From the NCBI GenBank assembly GCA_020184695.1, contig JAANOX010000268.1, positions 213,235 to 277,234 on the forward strand: DNA of 64,000 nucleotides. Direction: 5' to 3'. Under the pieces are notes generated by a model, which was not told the DNA's origin, made no database searches, and saw nothing but the letters and a program-made list of their open reading frames with translations. The position numbers and the translations under genes are program-made. How positions within the stretch are numbered: position 1 is the first letter of the stretch; each line of letters starts with the position of its first letter. Positions 21,519-32,886 of this stretch are shown one piece after another. The DNA comes from Histomonas meleagridis 2922-C6/04-290x. Lineage: Eukaryota; Protista; Parabasalia.

Positions 21519-21626
21519 TTCTGAAATATATTTTGATATCTTATTAATCAATATAAATATCTTGTCTCAAAGTTCTTTAATTGGTCAGCAAAAATGAATT
21601 TAAAATTTTAAAAATTTAAAAAATTC

Positions 21627-22547
21627 ATGGAAGAACTTAGAGATACATTTAAAATTTTTCTCACATGTGACTCTGTAAGGAAAGATGATTTTTTACAAGA
21701 ACTTATTAAAGCTGATAGAAAAACTCTTCTTTCGATAATCTATCTTCCTGAAGATTCTGAAGAACGTCTTCGTGTATATGATTTATTGGTTAAAATCAAA
21801 CCAGATGGAGCAGATTTACTAAGCCATGTTTTTGAAGAATGTCAAAATGACTCTGATCCTTTATTACAACTTGCAGCAATTCAATTTGTCGAAGACAATA
21901 ATCTTGATAAAGTCGAAACCTTTATTGATCTCTTTAACAAGAGTGCTGACAATCCATTAACGCTTCCATCAATTGCACAGACAGTATCGTCAATGATACT
22001 TCGTTCAGAAGATCCGCTCAAATACTCAGAAACAATCGAAACCATAATAGAAAAAGCCTCCACCACTATCCCTGATTTACTTGGTTCTCTTCCCAAACTT
22101 ACTTCGTATGATCCATTTGCACAAATGATGCTTAATTCCGATACATTTAAGCTTTGGATCATTGACTTTCCATACAACGTTGAGCTCAGAACCTTTAATT
22201 TGCACATGCGAAATCTTCTTACACCTCATTGCAAGGATCCATCGTCATTATTTCTTTCTGAAACTAACATCCTGAATTCGATGATACACCCAAGCCCTGC
22301 GCTCAGGTGTGCTGTCTTCGAGCACATCTCTGTGATGGCTCCTTTTTTCAAGCAGCAGATGCTATCGTTTAACCGTTTTCAAGAGCGGTTATTTGATCCA
22401 TCAATGGATTCCACAAAAGAAGAAATGTTTTCTCGGAGAAAAGCTATTCATTCGTTAGGCTTGGACCAGAAAACAGATGGGTCAGATGCTGGACCAATAC
22501 AAAGGCAACAAGTGGAAGATCTTGGACCTGATTTGATGATTATTTAA
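21627..22547 (+). CDS. HEAT/ARM protein, possible proteasome assembly chaperone PSMD5/S5b-like
   Basis: DSDPLLQLAAIQ, and C-terminal P.LRCAVF.HI.V.A....QML....F.ERLFD...DSTKEE...RRKAI..GP, resemble PSMD5 by eye. Confidence 0.4.
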   Translation: MEELRDTFKIFLTCDSVRKDDFLQELIKADRKTLLSIIYLPEDSEERLRVYDLLVKIKPDGADLLSHVFEECQNDSDPLLQLAAIQFVEDNNLDKVETFIDLFNKSADNPLTLPSIAQTVSSMILRSEDPLKYSETIETIIEKASTTIPDLLGSLPKLTSYDPFAQMMLNSDTFKLWIIDFPYNVELRTFNLHMRNLLTPHCKDPSSLFLSETNILNSMIHPSPALRCAVFEHISVMAPFFKQQMLSFNRFQERLFDPSMDSTKEEMFSRRKAIHSLGLDQKTDGSDAGPIQRQQVEDLGPDLMII

Positions 22548-22561
22548 CAATAAACATTTTA

Positions 22562-23017
22562 CTAAAATGAAAAATTGATGTCGTCGAACTGTGGGCCAAT
22601 GTACCTCTCATAAAGTGTATCTAACAATTCAACAAATTTCGGATATGATTTTGTTCCATTCGAATTTCCAGACGGATAATTTAAGCAACGCGTCCTGAAC
22701 TTAGGTGGCACTGGAAGAGATGAAATATCTGGATAATGCATACCAAATATGTTATCTATTTGTTTATTATGAAATGTAGAGTTATGCTGTGATTTGTTTG
22801 TAAGCTTTTTAAAAATTATTTCTGGATTTTTATTTGTTTTAGATATAGGAGAGGAAATGTTTTGAGGTATTTTTTGTTCTGGTGTTGAGCATTCATTTGG
22901 TGCTTTAATGTTTACATTAGGAAGAATTGGTCTATTTGGAAGTTGCTCTTTTGTTGTGAATTTTTTGGAATAATTGGAATCTTCTTCACTTCCGAATATT
23001 TTAGAAGATCGAATCAT
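22562..23017 (-). CDS. Hypothetical protein
   Basis: 151-aa ORF with ATG and normal composition. Confidence 0.6.
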   Translation of the reverse strand: MIRSSKIFGSEEDSNYSKKFTTKEQLPNRPILPNVNIKAPNECSTPEQKIPQNISSPISKTNKNPEIIFKKLTNKSQHNSTFHNKQIDNIFGMHYPDISSLPVPPKFRTRCLNYPSGNSNGTKSYPKFVELLDTLYERYIGPQFDDINFSF

Positions 23018-23998
23018 TCTCCTAGCTTTGATTTTGTCATTGAAGGAAATAAATATAGGCTTTTACTTGTAAAAAAGCTTATTTTTATATAGTTTATTCA
23101 AACAAACACGAAAAATAAACAATCGAGAACAAACAAAGAAAAGAACATGTTGTTAATGTTTAAACTGGTTTCAAAATAATTTTTTGTTTTGTTGAAGATT
23201 AACCAATTGGTAATGAATTCTTGAAATGCTTTAATGAAGAGAATACATCATTAGTTAAAACCATTAATGTAACAAAAATATGTTTTACATTGGTATATAA
23301 GGGTTTAATTTCTTTGATGATTTTTTTCATAGAAAAATATATTGTATGTTTTTGTGAAATAATGAATTTTAATTTTTCGTATTCATTTCTCGAAATGATT
23401 TCAAAAAATGCTCAAAATTTTAATATTTTTCTATTAGTTAGTTAATAATATTTTAAAATATCAAAGTTGGAATTTGAAGAGGAAATTAAGAAACATAGTT
23501 TTTGATTTTTTTCAAATTTTCAATATTTTTAATGGTGTTTAAAAGTTTAATGACTCAATCAGTATTTTATTATTTTTATTATATTTAATAATATGATATT
23601 TGAGTCAAGGGTGCATATTAATGTTTCGTTATTTAATAATATCACACGTTTGGTGGAAAATTTCAAACATTGGCACATTCAAAAAATTAAAACATCTCAT
23701 TCTCTAATACATATTAATAATAATTAGAATCATCACTTTATTTTCTATGCTATGTTATGCTATAATATAGAAAAAAATAATTTTTAGATTTTTAATCCAG
23801 CAAAGTATCATTCATATAAAATTCAAAAAATACACGTAGAAATATTATGGAAAAAATTCTTTGATCTCATTAATATATATGTTTTAACTCTTAGTTCATA
23901 AAAATGTAATTTTTTCCAGAAGAAACTCACTTTTAAAGCTCATCTTCAAATTGTTAGTGAAAATTTTCACTACATTGTGAATTTGTTTCCCTATCTCA

Positions 23999-24577
23999 AT
24001 GAGAGTTATACCTCAACTACAAAATAACCTCATCAAGATTGTTCGATGCCAATGCGGTCTAAGAGTCCCTTCTCATAACATGATTCAATGTTCCAGATGC
24101 GGATGTTATTCTCATGAAGAATGTGTTGGAAATCCGTCTCCCTACATTTGTAATTTTTGTCATTTAGCAAGCGAAAGAATAATTGTTGATAAGGCAGATA
24201 AATCCATAAGTCCTTCCAGTATAGTTATTGATCGAAAGGCCCTTTTTTCCAATCTAACAAGTTCAAAATCGATCATCCAACTTTGTGAAATTAGAGAACA
24301 TTGCTTAGCTGCAGGTCATGTTACAGAACTTATTCAACACTTAATCACAAGGCTTGCAGCAATAGATCTTGAGCTTAAAACAGCTGAAGTTCAAGCAAAT
24401 CGCGAAGTATATGCCCCAATAAAAGAAGAATTAATTAAAGAAATTCAACAAAGACGGAAAGAATATGTTAAATGTACTTCAGTGCTGATGGAAGTACTTG
24501 ATCGAATTGAAAATTTCAAGAAAAAACAAAAAATACTTCCATATTTTCGCGATGCTGTTGTTGAAAAATTAATATAA
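23999..24577 (+). CDS. PHD-finger protein
   Basis: VRCQCG..MIQCSRCGCYSHEEC..YICNFC (C4HC3), then coiled coil. Confidence 0.8.
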   Translation: MRVIPQLQNNLIKIVRCQCGLRVPSHNMIQCSRCGCYSHEECVGNPSPYICNFCHLASERIIVDKADKSISPSSIVIDRKALFSNLTSSKSIIQLCEIREHCLAAGHVTELIQHLITRLAAIDLELKTAEVQANREVYAPIKEELIKEIQQRRKEYVKCTSVLMEVLDRIENFKKKQKILPYFRDAVVEKLI

Positions 24578-24866
24578 ATAAAATATTTGCAAATTGTTAA
24601 TGTTTATTAAAAACACCTTCATTTTTACATATGATATGATAAATAAAATATTGTACACTTCTAAAAATATTTTATAGGGAAAAAATTTTTTGAAAATTCA
24701 AAAAAGCTTCATGAAAGCATATTTTTTATGTTTTCAATTTTGCACTATAATACTTCAGATACATCTTGTAACCCTCATTAAGTTAATCTAATATTGATAA
24801 AGAATAAAAAAATCTATTGTAAGAGGAAAAATTAATTTATGAATAACGAATTATTGTGTAATATGT

Positions 24867-25724
24867 TTATAACTTTTTTGGAATCCACTCGGGTTTATAT
24901 TCTTTTGCTATTACCATATTCCAATCAATCCCTTCAAAGAACGAATGTTTCATAATGTCTTCGACATCATTTTCGCTTCCCATTCTATTTTTTGGATTTT
25001 TATTCAATAGTTTTATTAATAAATCATTAGCTTTATGCGACAGATTAGGTGTAGAATGAAAATTATCATAAAGAATAGATTTCATTATAGCAAAAGTACC
25101 TCTATCATCAAAAAAAGGTGGTAACCCGATAAGCATTTCATAGATTAAGCACCCATAACTCCACCAATCAGTAGCACATGTAATTGGTTGTTTTTGAAGA
25201 ATTTCAGGTGACGTATAATGTACAGTTTCATAAAGGCGTTGGAATATGCTGTTTTTGTTTCCAAAATCAGTAAGACGAATATGCCCCTGTTCGTCAAAAA
25301 GAATATTTTCGGGTTTAAGATCATGATAAATTATTCCATTGGAATGGAGATATCCAAGAGCAAGTGCAATTTCAGCTGCATAGAGACGTACACGAGATTC
25401 TGAAAATTTTGTTTCTCTTTGAAGTACTTTTAATAAATTACCACACGGAACATAATCAAGAATCATATGAAACTTTGTGTTTATTTGAAATGTGAAATAT
25501 GCACTTACTAAAAATGGATGACGTATTTGTAACATGATATTTTTTTCAGTGATAGTTTGATTAACTTCATCAATATCACGATTTTGAAAATCTATTGATT
25601 TCAGAGTAAAAATTTCATCTGTGCCTTTTAATTTTACGAGCTTAACATTTGGAACATGTCCTGGTATAAAAAAAGATATAATTTCAAAATTATCTAAGGT
25701 TGGCTTGAGTTTGGATAAATCCAT
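24867..25724 (-). CDS. AGC-family (Akt/S6K-like) Ser/Thr kinase, degenerate Gly-loop
   Basis: YHDLKPENILFD, LTDFG, YTSPE, DWWSYG, PPF, HSFFEGIDW, AGC tail KPEWIP. Confidence 0.85.
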   Translation of the reverse strand: MDLSKLKPTLDNFEIISFFIPGHVPNVKLVKLKGTDEIFTLKSIDFQNRDIDEVNQTITEKNIMLQIRHPFLVSAYFTFQINTKFHMILDYVPCGNLLKVLQRETKFSESRVRLYAAEIALALGYLHSNGIIYHDLKPENILFDEQGHIRLTDFGNKNSIFQRLYETVHYTSPEILQKQPITCATDWWSYGCLIYEMLIGLPPFFDDRGTFAIMKSILYDNFHSTPNLSHKANDLLIKLLNKNPKNRMGSENDVEDIMKHSFFEGIDWNMVIAKEYKPEWIPKKL

Positions 25725-25859
25725 TGCTTAAACTAAGAATGCTATTGATTTTGAACAAGAAAAATTTTGAATTGATATCCGGTCAAATCACAAAGTTTTG
25801 AGCAAAAGACTTTCATTGAAAAGATAGAAATGCCAATTAAATTTTAATTAAATTAGAAA

Positions 25860-27173
25860 TTGCCATGTCTGGAACTTGACCACAAATCAACAAAAATATT
25901 TTATATGATTCAGGAAAAGAATCCAAATGGAAACAAGATGTTTGGCCAAATGGGAGGTACTTTTTCTGGGGGAGATGAAATAGAAGAATTTCAAATCCAA
26001 ATTAACAAATTATCAATTCCAGAAGAAAGTATTAATGCTCTTTCCTTTTTCCGAGATTATTTGGAGGGAGATCTTCTACCACCAGAAATTTTTGTACAGC
26101 TCCACAATTTTATCTTAAGAATCATTCAAGCACCAGGTATCCCTCAACCTAACCTTGATTTAGTTTTAAATATTTTAACTGAAATAGCTGAGTTTCTGAA
26201 TGAAGATATAGATTTTGCCGGACTTACCAATCATTTATTGCAATATTTGCCTATAGAATCAGCATTTGAAGCAATATCCACAATTGCATCATGCTACATA
26301 ACATCAGCCAGATTTCTTATTAGTGCTCTTCCTAACATCCTCCAATTTTTATCAGCTGATTCCAATCAACAACACGGATATTTATTAATAATATTATCAA
26401 TTCTTAATCACAAAGTTCTTGTACCAGATATGGTTGGCTATATTAATGCTATATTTGGTGTTATTCTCTCTGGTAATGCTGAACATCTCTCGATCTGTTT
26501 TAGTATTCTTGCAAAATTTGCTAATTCCGAAATAGGTTTTTCACAGATCGAAGAATTTTCACATATTTCTCAAATCTTTGATCATTATAGAGATAATCCT
26601 GAATGCATAATTCCAATTATTCAGTTCCTTGATAGTATTTGTTCTTCCAAAACACAAAATCCAATGAAGTTCATTGAGCTTACAAATTCCGCTTCCATAA
26701 TCATCAACGCAATGACTACAAACGATCAAAAAGTGCTAAAAGTTCTTTGCCAACTTTTGTATACTTTATCTCGATCGGAGCAAGGAATGGACTTTTTGTT
26801 CAAGAACGAAATTGTTGACAATTTATTTTATTTGTTTGAAAATTCATCATTTTCCATTTCTTCAAAAGCGTTAAAGATTTTGTGCTCTGTTTGTTCTAAT
26901 TGTCCACATGAAGTTGTTATGAACTTTATAGCGAAAGGATTTCTTGAGTTGATAATTAATTATATTGCTGATGCACCCGTTGACTTGCTAAAGGAAATAT
27001 TGACAGCAGTGCAAACTATTGTGCTGGCGATAAAGAGTTCAGGCGATCAGTCACTACTTGAGAAAATTGAGGATTCGGAACTAATGGACGAGATATATAA
27101 CGTGAGCCAAAATAATCATGACAACACGATTGGAGTTATCGCATCTTTTATATGTGATAACTTGTCATCTTAA
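25860..27173 (+). CDS. ARM/HEAT-repeat protein (importin-alpha-like)
   Basis: 437-aa helical-repeat ORF; true start probably a downstream ATG. Confidence 0.55.
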   Translation: MPCLELDHKSTKIFYMIQEKNPNGNKMFGQMGGTFSGGDEIEEFQIQINKLSIPEESINALSFFRDYLEGDLLPPEIFVQLHNFILRIIQAPGIPQPNLDLVLNILTEIAEFLNEDIDFAGLTNHLLQYLPIESAFEAISTIASCYITSARFLISALPNILQFLSADSNQQHGYLLIILSILNHKVLVPDMVGYINAIFGVILSGNAEHLSICFSILAKFANSEIGFSQIEEFSHISQIFDHYRDNPECIIPIIQFLDSICSSKTQNPMKFIELTNSASIIINAMTTNDQKVLKVLCQLLYTLSRSEQGMDFLFKNEIVDNLFYLFENSSFSISSKALKILCSVCSNCPHEVVMNFIAKGFLELIINYIADAPVDLLKEILTAVQTIVLAIKSSGDQSLLEKIEDSELMDEIYNVSQNNHDNTIGVIASFICDNLSS

Positions 27174-27482
27174 ATAAAAATGTCTTTATCTAGAAATATA
27201 ATAAACATAATCGTAACTATACTAAAACACTTTTTTTTTTGGTTTGTGATAATCATTAACTCTATAACAGATTGATTTAATCAATTAATTCAGGTTTTCT
27301 AAATACGAAAAAACTATTAAAATGTTCACAAAGAAAACGTCTTATTTAGTATTACGACCACTCAAAATAATTTAAACTTAAGTTTAGAGAAGTTTCATAG
27401 TTATCTTCACATTTGATTTGTGGACGTTTATTCATTCAAACAAACTTTGTCAATTAACATCAACTCACTTGTTAAGCTGCAG

Positions 27483-28448
27483 ATGGCGCAAATACCTTGG
27501 GTTGAGAAATTTAGGCCAAAAGTCCTAAATGATGTTGTCGGGAATCGTGCTGCTGTTGAAAGGCTTCGAATCATTGCATCACAAGGAAACATTCCAAATC
27601 TTATTTTAACTGGTCCACCTGGTATTGGTAAAACCACATCACTTCTCTGTCTTTGCAATGAGCTTCTTGGTAATCTTGTTAAAGAAGCTGTTATTGAATT
27701 AAACGCATCAGATGAAAGAGGCATTGAAGTTGTTCGTCAATCAATCAAATCCTTCGCCAAGAAACATGTCAACCTACCACCAGGGCGTCATAAGATCATA
27801 CTTTTAGATGAAGCAGATTCAATGACACCTGCTGCACAACAAGCGATGCGTCGAATTATGGAAAAATATTCCAACACAACACGTTTTGTTTTCGCTTGTA
27901 ACATGAGTGACAAAGTTATTGAGCCTATTCAAAGCCGATGTGCAATAGTTCGATTTACCAAAGTCGAAGAAGGTGAAATTGCCACAAGATTAGCCCAAAT
28001 CTGCGAACAACAAAACGTTGGCTTCACCAAAGAAGGCATTGATGCACTTGCTGTATTATCTGATGGAGATATGCGTACTGCCGTTAATGGTTTACAAGCT
28101 ACAGCCATACGCTATGGGTTCATAAATCCAGAAAATGTCCAAAACACAGTCGATGCACCCAATCCTACGGCGATGACCGAAATTTATGATTCGATGAGAA
28201 AGGAGGACTTAAGGTCAGCGTTGACTGTGCTATCTGGATTAGAAATGAGAGGCCACAGCGCATCAGATATAGTGCAATCGTTGTTTAAGGCCGCGAGAAG
28301 AGATTTGATATTTGGTGAGAAATTGAAGTTGCTAATTCTTAAGGAAATTGGATTGACACAGATGGCAATGGCACAGGGAGTGTCGAGCCCATTGCAATTA
28401 GATGGGTTACTCGCACGCATATATAAAATTATTCAAGCAAATAAGTAA
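27483..28448 (+). CDS. RFC2: Replication factor C small subunit (RFC2-like)
   Basis: PWVEKFRP, GPPGIGKTT, ELNASDERGI, IILLDEAD, AQQAMRRIME, IQSRC, GDMR. Confidence 0.93.
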   Translation: MAQIPWVEKFRPKVLNDVVGNRAAVERLRIIASQGNIPNLILTGPPGIGKTTSLLCLCNELLGNLVKEAVIELNASDERGIEVVRQSIKSFAKKHVNLPPGRHKIILLDEADSMTPAAQQAMRRIMEKYSNTTRFVFACNMSDKVIEPIQSRCAIVRFTKVEEGEIATRLAQICEQQNVGFTKEGIDALAVLSDGDMRTAVNGLQATAIRYGFINPENVQNTVDAPNPTAMTEIYDSMRKEDLRSALTVLSGLEMRGHSASDIVQSLFKAARRDLIFGEKLKLLILKEIGLTQMAMAQGVSSPLQLDGLLARIYKIIQANK

Positions 28449-28865
28449 AAAGTGAATTTTTGGTTATAGTTTTTTATATGGATCTGCGCACGTGCGAAAG
28501 CTATTTGTAGTTACGTAATTGTACGAAATGATTAACTAAAAAAAATTTGTAATCAGCGTCATAAGATAAAATATGAAGCCAAGACAAAATACTGGTTGCT
28601 AAGGAAAGCAATCAATGACGGGCAAATGGTAAAAAATCGGAAAAACCAAATAAATGCTCTTTGCACATAGAAAATGATTCTTTTAATTAAAAAAATTTGG
28701 AAGTGGGTAATTTGCATGTTGTGTGCATTGCTTAAGTGACTATAAAGCAACAAAAAAAACTGTTTTTAAATTATTAAAAATAAAAGGCAATTTACTTTAG
28801 CCAAAATGATATTTGTTTGACTGATTTTTTAACTTAAAAAACTTAAAAAAACATATGTTTAATAA

Positions 28866-29243
28866 TCAAATCATAGAACGAAGTATGGAGATAGCTTCAT
28901 TTTCATCATTGTTACACATAAACAGGACTTGAGATATTTCAAACATATTTAACGTTCCGCCAAACTCTTTTATGATTTTGTCGCTAATTTTGATCTTTTC
29001 TTTGTTTTCATCCTTCGAATCATTTACATTTTTCTCTAATAACATAAGAGCTGCATCATTAAGATTACTGCCGGCTCTTTTGAGAGCTTTCCTGCAATCT
29101 TCATCTGATGCATCATTAATTATAAACTTTAATTTGGAAATTTGTCTTTCAATCGGATCACCTTTAGCAGAACATGGAAGCCTATATTGCCCAGGTGTAA
29201 TTTCGTTGTTGCTTTGTTTAGTTGTTTGTTCAACAGTGCTCAT
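28866..29243 (-). CDS. Small UBA/CUE-like helical-domain protein
   Basis: Two short three-helix-like segments (DEDCRKALKRAGSNLNDAALMLL; EISQVLFMCNNDENEAISIL). Confidence 0.5.
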   Translation of the reverse strand: MSTVEQTTKQSNNEITPGQYRLPCSAKGDPIERQISKLKFIINDASDEDCRKALKRAGSNLNDAALMLLEKNVNDSKDENKEKIKISDKIIKEFGGTLNMFEISQVLFMCNNDENEAISILRSMI

Positions 29244-29677
29244 TAAATAAAAATGAACTTATTCTTCTCCATAAAATATTGCGGTTTATGAAATCTATAT
29301 TTTGCCATAAATCAGACAGAATTTTTCTATCGTTCAACCGGAGGCTTTACATTCGACCAAATTAACATTCATTGTCAAAAGGCCCTGTCAAAACGAAAAG
29401 TTAACATTTTCCCGGCATTTTTTGTGTCGTAATTTTAATATATTTTGCCAAGTTGATTGAAAAACTTTCGAGATTTGAATTGATTAAAAAAGATGTCACT
29501 TTTCTCGTCATTACTTAACCAACGGTTATGATGAAAATAAGAATAATATTATCTAAATGCGAATCATATTTTTAAAAGTGTCATTTTTTTCATCGGTATG
29601 CACAGAAAAAATTGAGAAAGCTATTGAATTGATTGAAAAAAAACTTGTTTAAAATTGGTAAGAAGAATTATAACACA

Positions 29678-30961
29678 TTATATTTTAGATATTTCACTTT
29701 TGATTTTTTCGATGTCTTCATTAACTCTAATGATTTTGTGATTTGAACTTTCCAAGTATTTTGCAGCTTGACTTAAATCAGAATTAACATCTTTCATTAT
29801 CAAAATTATTGGTGATTCTTTAGGAAGCCACAAGCCATTTAAAACCAAGTCATTATCGTCATAACTTATAAGTGCTTTTGCAGTTGACAATGATTTAATC
29901 TGATTTCCATCAAATTCAAGTTTCTTAACGTTCTCCAAATTAAGTAACGGCAAAAGTGTCTTTTTAACGTTCAAATATATAACGTCTCCTCTTGATGAGT
30001 TTTCAGGAACTATGTTCGAACGGAGTTGGTCAAAATCTTCTTCTTCTTCGATCCTCTCGTTGTTCTGCGCTATTGCAAGGTGGCCAAAGCAAATCCTTTG
30101 AACCATAGGCACCAATCTATTTCCTGATGCCTTACGAACAATGTCTTTAATGTTTTCAGGAACATCAGGATTTTTGAAGATAATAACATCTCCATTTCTT
30201 GCATGATTAAATGAAGGTATAATAATCTTTTCGAACTGCTCAAGCGTGCTCATTGAGTTTATTTGGTCAGAATTCATATCAAACATAAAAGCATTATCGT
30301 AATTATTACTAACTAATTTGGAATAATCTTCTTTTGGTTGCCTTTTATGATCAATCGCATCACCTAATACCTTATACCCAATAAGGTTACTTTGTGTAAA
30401 TATGACGAATTTATTGTTTTCCATGCAAATATTTGTAAATTCTTGATTCAGATGAAATATTGTATATTGAGAAGGACGGTCATATGGCTGAACAAAGCTG
30501 TTTATAGTTGTTATCTTCTTGTCCAGGCAATAAATATCAAATGAAGTTTCGCCTTCTTGAAGGAGTTCAAAATGGATAACATAATTATGCGGACCCATTG
30601 AATAGATTCCACATTTATCTTCACTACGCATCTCCTGTTGTAGGTATTGACCACTAATTTTAATTCTTATTAGACGCCATAATTGAGTTTCTGTCCATTG
30701 ACGAGCCATTTGTTTGGACGAATTCATCATTATACGACATTGTCTCTCTGTTATGCCCACTTGTATTTGATCAATTGCTCTGCATTCAGGACATGATTCA
30801 TTTTCGAGAAATTTATTGTAAATTGGATAAATTTGTTGACCTTTTGAAAAAAGGTGTCCAATCAAATGAAAAATTAAGAGCACAATGCCAATTGTTACAA
30901 ACATTGGGCAAGGTAAATTTTCACATAGTTCTTCAATTAAGTTTTCTTTTTCTTTGCCCAT
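29678..30961 (-). CDS. Type II membrane protein, possibly glycosyltransferase-like
   Basis: N-terminal TM segment, luminal Cys-containing domain; no diagnostic motif recognised. Confidence 0.45.
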   Translation of the reverse strand: MGKEKENLIEELCENLPCPMFVTIGIVLLIFHLIGHLFSKGQQIYPIYNKFLENESCPECRAIDQIQVGITERQCRIMMNSSKQMARQWTETQLWRLIRIKISGQYLQQEMRSEDKCGIYSMGPHNYVIHFELLQEGETSFDIYCLDKKITTINSFVQPYDRPSQYTIFHLNQEFTNICMENNKFVIFTQSNLIGYKVLGDAIDHKRQPKEDYSKLVSNNYDNAFMFDMNSDQINSMSTLEQFEKIIIPSFNHARNGDVIIFKNPDVPENIKDIVRKASGNRLVPMVQRICFGHLAIAQNNERIEEEEDFDQLRSNIVPENSSRGDVIYLNVKKTLLPLLNLENVKKLEFDGNQIKSLSTAKALISYDDNDLVLNGLWLPKESPIILIMKDVNSDLSQAAKYLESSNHKIIRVNEDIEKIKSEISKI

Positions 30962-31290
30962 TTTGAAAATAAACGTCTATTTATGTCTACATGAATAGTT
31001 TATGCAAAAGTGTCTTACTCAAAAGTCTGAAATAAAAAATTGGTTAATACACATTTTAGTTTTAAAGTATAGTCATGTATCCTGTAGCCACCAGTTTTGT
31101 TTTAGTTAGTTCATGATTTTAATAATAAAATGCATTTTCTACATCATTTAAACGAAATAATGGTAAGTACGATTCTCATGAAAAATATGCTTTCATATGC
31201 TTAATAAACCAGATGAAAAATTGTTGATATTATGTTAAACTTAAAATTATCAATATTGATAAATTGTAAATTTATAGATTTATATAAATT

Positions 31291-32502
31291 TTATATAAAA
31301 ACATTTTGTCTAGTTTGGTCAAGATTAGGTTGTTGAATTTTTAAAGGAAGGTAGATCATTTGGTCAGGCCATTCTTCGTCTGATGGAAAAATCATTGAAT
31401 AATTATGCGTTGGATTAATAACCTCAATTGGCTCTGTTATTTCAATTTTGGGAACTTCTTCCACTGTTTCTTCTTCATCAAATTCGTTTTCCTTTTCATC
31501 ATAATAAATGTTTGCCAATACATCGACAAACCCAGGTGTAAATTTACTCCACCTGTTCATGTATGTTGGTGTCCAGATTCTAATTGACGAAGTATCAGCA
31601 GAGTATAGAACTGGATGTACTGGATGAGCTATCAGTCCCGTAACGGTCTCTGGCGGACCGTTTAAGTTATTAACGATTTCATTTGAACCGCCGGAGATGT
31701 TATATATAAAAAGTGAACACTTCCCTGGTGATTCAGATGCAAAATAAACAAACTTGTCTTTCCCTTCGAAAGCCATCATTGAGAATTTTGCTACGCTTTC
31801 ATTGATTTCTCCAATATACTCTGAACCAAATCCTACAGTATAAATATTAACTTTTTCGCGAGTGAGAACAAGCAAATAAAATCCATTGTGAGAAACTTCA
31901 ATTGATGTTATATTGGGACGCTTTCGTTCTGTAAACTTTCGTTCAGAAATAAGCTCAAGATTTTCATCATAGAAAGAAACTGTTTCACCATTTGTTAAAA
32001 GTATTCGAACGTGATGATCTTCCTCCTCGTATGTGGGACACCAGCATGCTGATACTGTATTTTCTTCAAATAAATGTTCTTCATTTGTCTCAATATTTAA
32101 AAGATATAATGAATGATCTTCTGTAAGAATTAAAACTTCTGCTAATGATCTGGGTGAAAATGAAACTTTGAGAATGGGGGTTTGATAGGGTTTTTTGAAA
32201 ATGATATTGTTGTCCAAGAAATTAAGAACTTGAAAAATTCCCATTGAATCTCCAGATGCAATTAGTTTTCCATCTCGTGAAAATGATACAGACTTTATTG
32301 CATTCCCATCAGTTGTAAAAGTATATTGATTAGATCCTGTTTCAGAATCACAAACAATTAACTTTCCATTGATAAATCCAACACACATCATGTATCCATG
32401 AAAACTTAGTGAAAAAGATGTTATCGTCTCATCGAAGTCGATAGATGAATTCCATTGATCTGGAATCTGAGGAAGATCATCTTCAAAAAGAGATCGATCC
32501 AT
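31291..32502 (-). CDS. RBBP5: WD40 protein RBBP5/Swd1 (COMPASS subunit)
   Basis: WD repeats plus signature WSKFTPGFVDVLANIYYDEKENEFDEE (cf. WSAFAPDF.EL.EN.EY.ERESEFD). Confidence 0.8.
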   Translation of the reverse strand: MDRSLFEDDLPQIPDQWNSSIDFDETITSFSLSFHGYMMCVGFINGKLIVCDSETGSNQYTFTTDGNAIKSVSFSRDGKLIASGDSMGIFQVLNFLDNNIIFKKPYQTPILKVSFSPRSLAEVLILTEDHSLYLLNIETNEEHLFEENTVSACWCPTYEEEDHHVRILLTNGETVSFYDENLELISERKFTERKRPNITSIEVSHNGFYLLVLTREKVNIYTVGFGSEYIGEINESVAKFSMMAFEGKDKFVYFASESPGKCSLFIYNISGGSNEIVNNLNGPPETVTGLIAHPVHPVLYSADTSSIRIWTPTYMNRWSKFTPGFVDVLANIYYDEKENEFDEEETVEEVPKIEITEPIEVINPTHNYSMIFPSDEEWPDQMIYLPLKIQQPNLDQTRQNVFI

Positions 32503-32886
32503 CCCTTTTGTGTAGAGAACGTTAAATAATAAACGTACACAAATAAGTCAAAAATTTGCACTTTTGTTCCTGCCAATAAACTATTCAATTTTCTAAAGAA
32601 ACCGTTGCAACCTGATTTGGAATGAAATGAAATATTATAGTTGTTTTATATCAAAATATTTCTTGAGATCACCAACTCTTTCCCTACTTTTGTGTACTCT
32701 TATGAGGGCAATAATTATTATTTCAATTTTGTAATGAAAAATCAGATAGAATATGTCATGAACACACCATAAATATCTATTTTCCACATAAAGTCTTAAC
32801 AAAAAGATAAAATTTTTTTGATTGAACAATGCTATATTACATTTCAAAATTAGAAAAAAAAAAAAAAAAATAAACGTAAGCCAATT

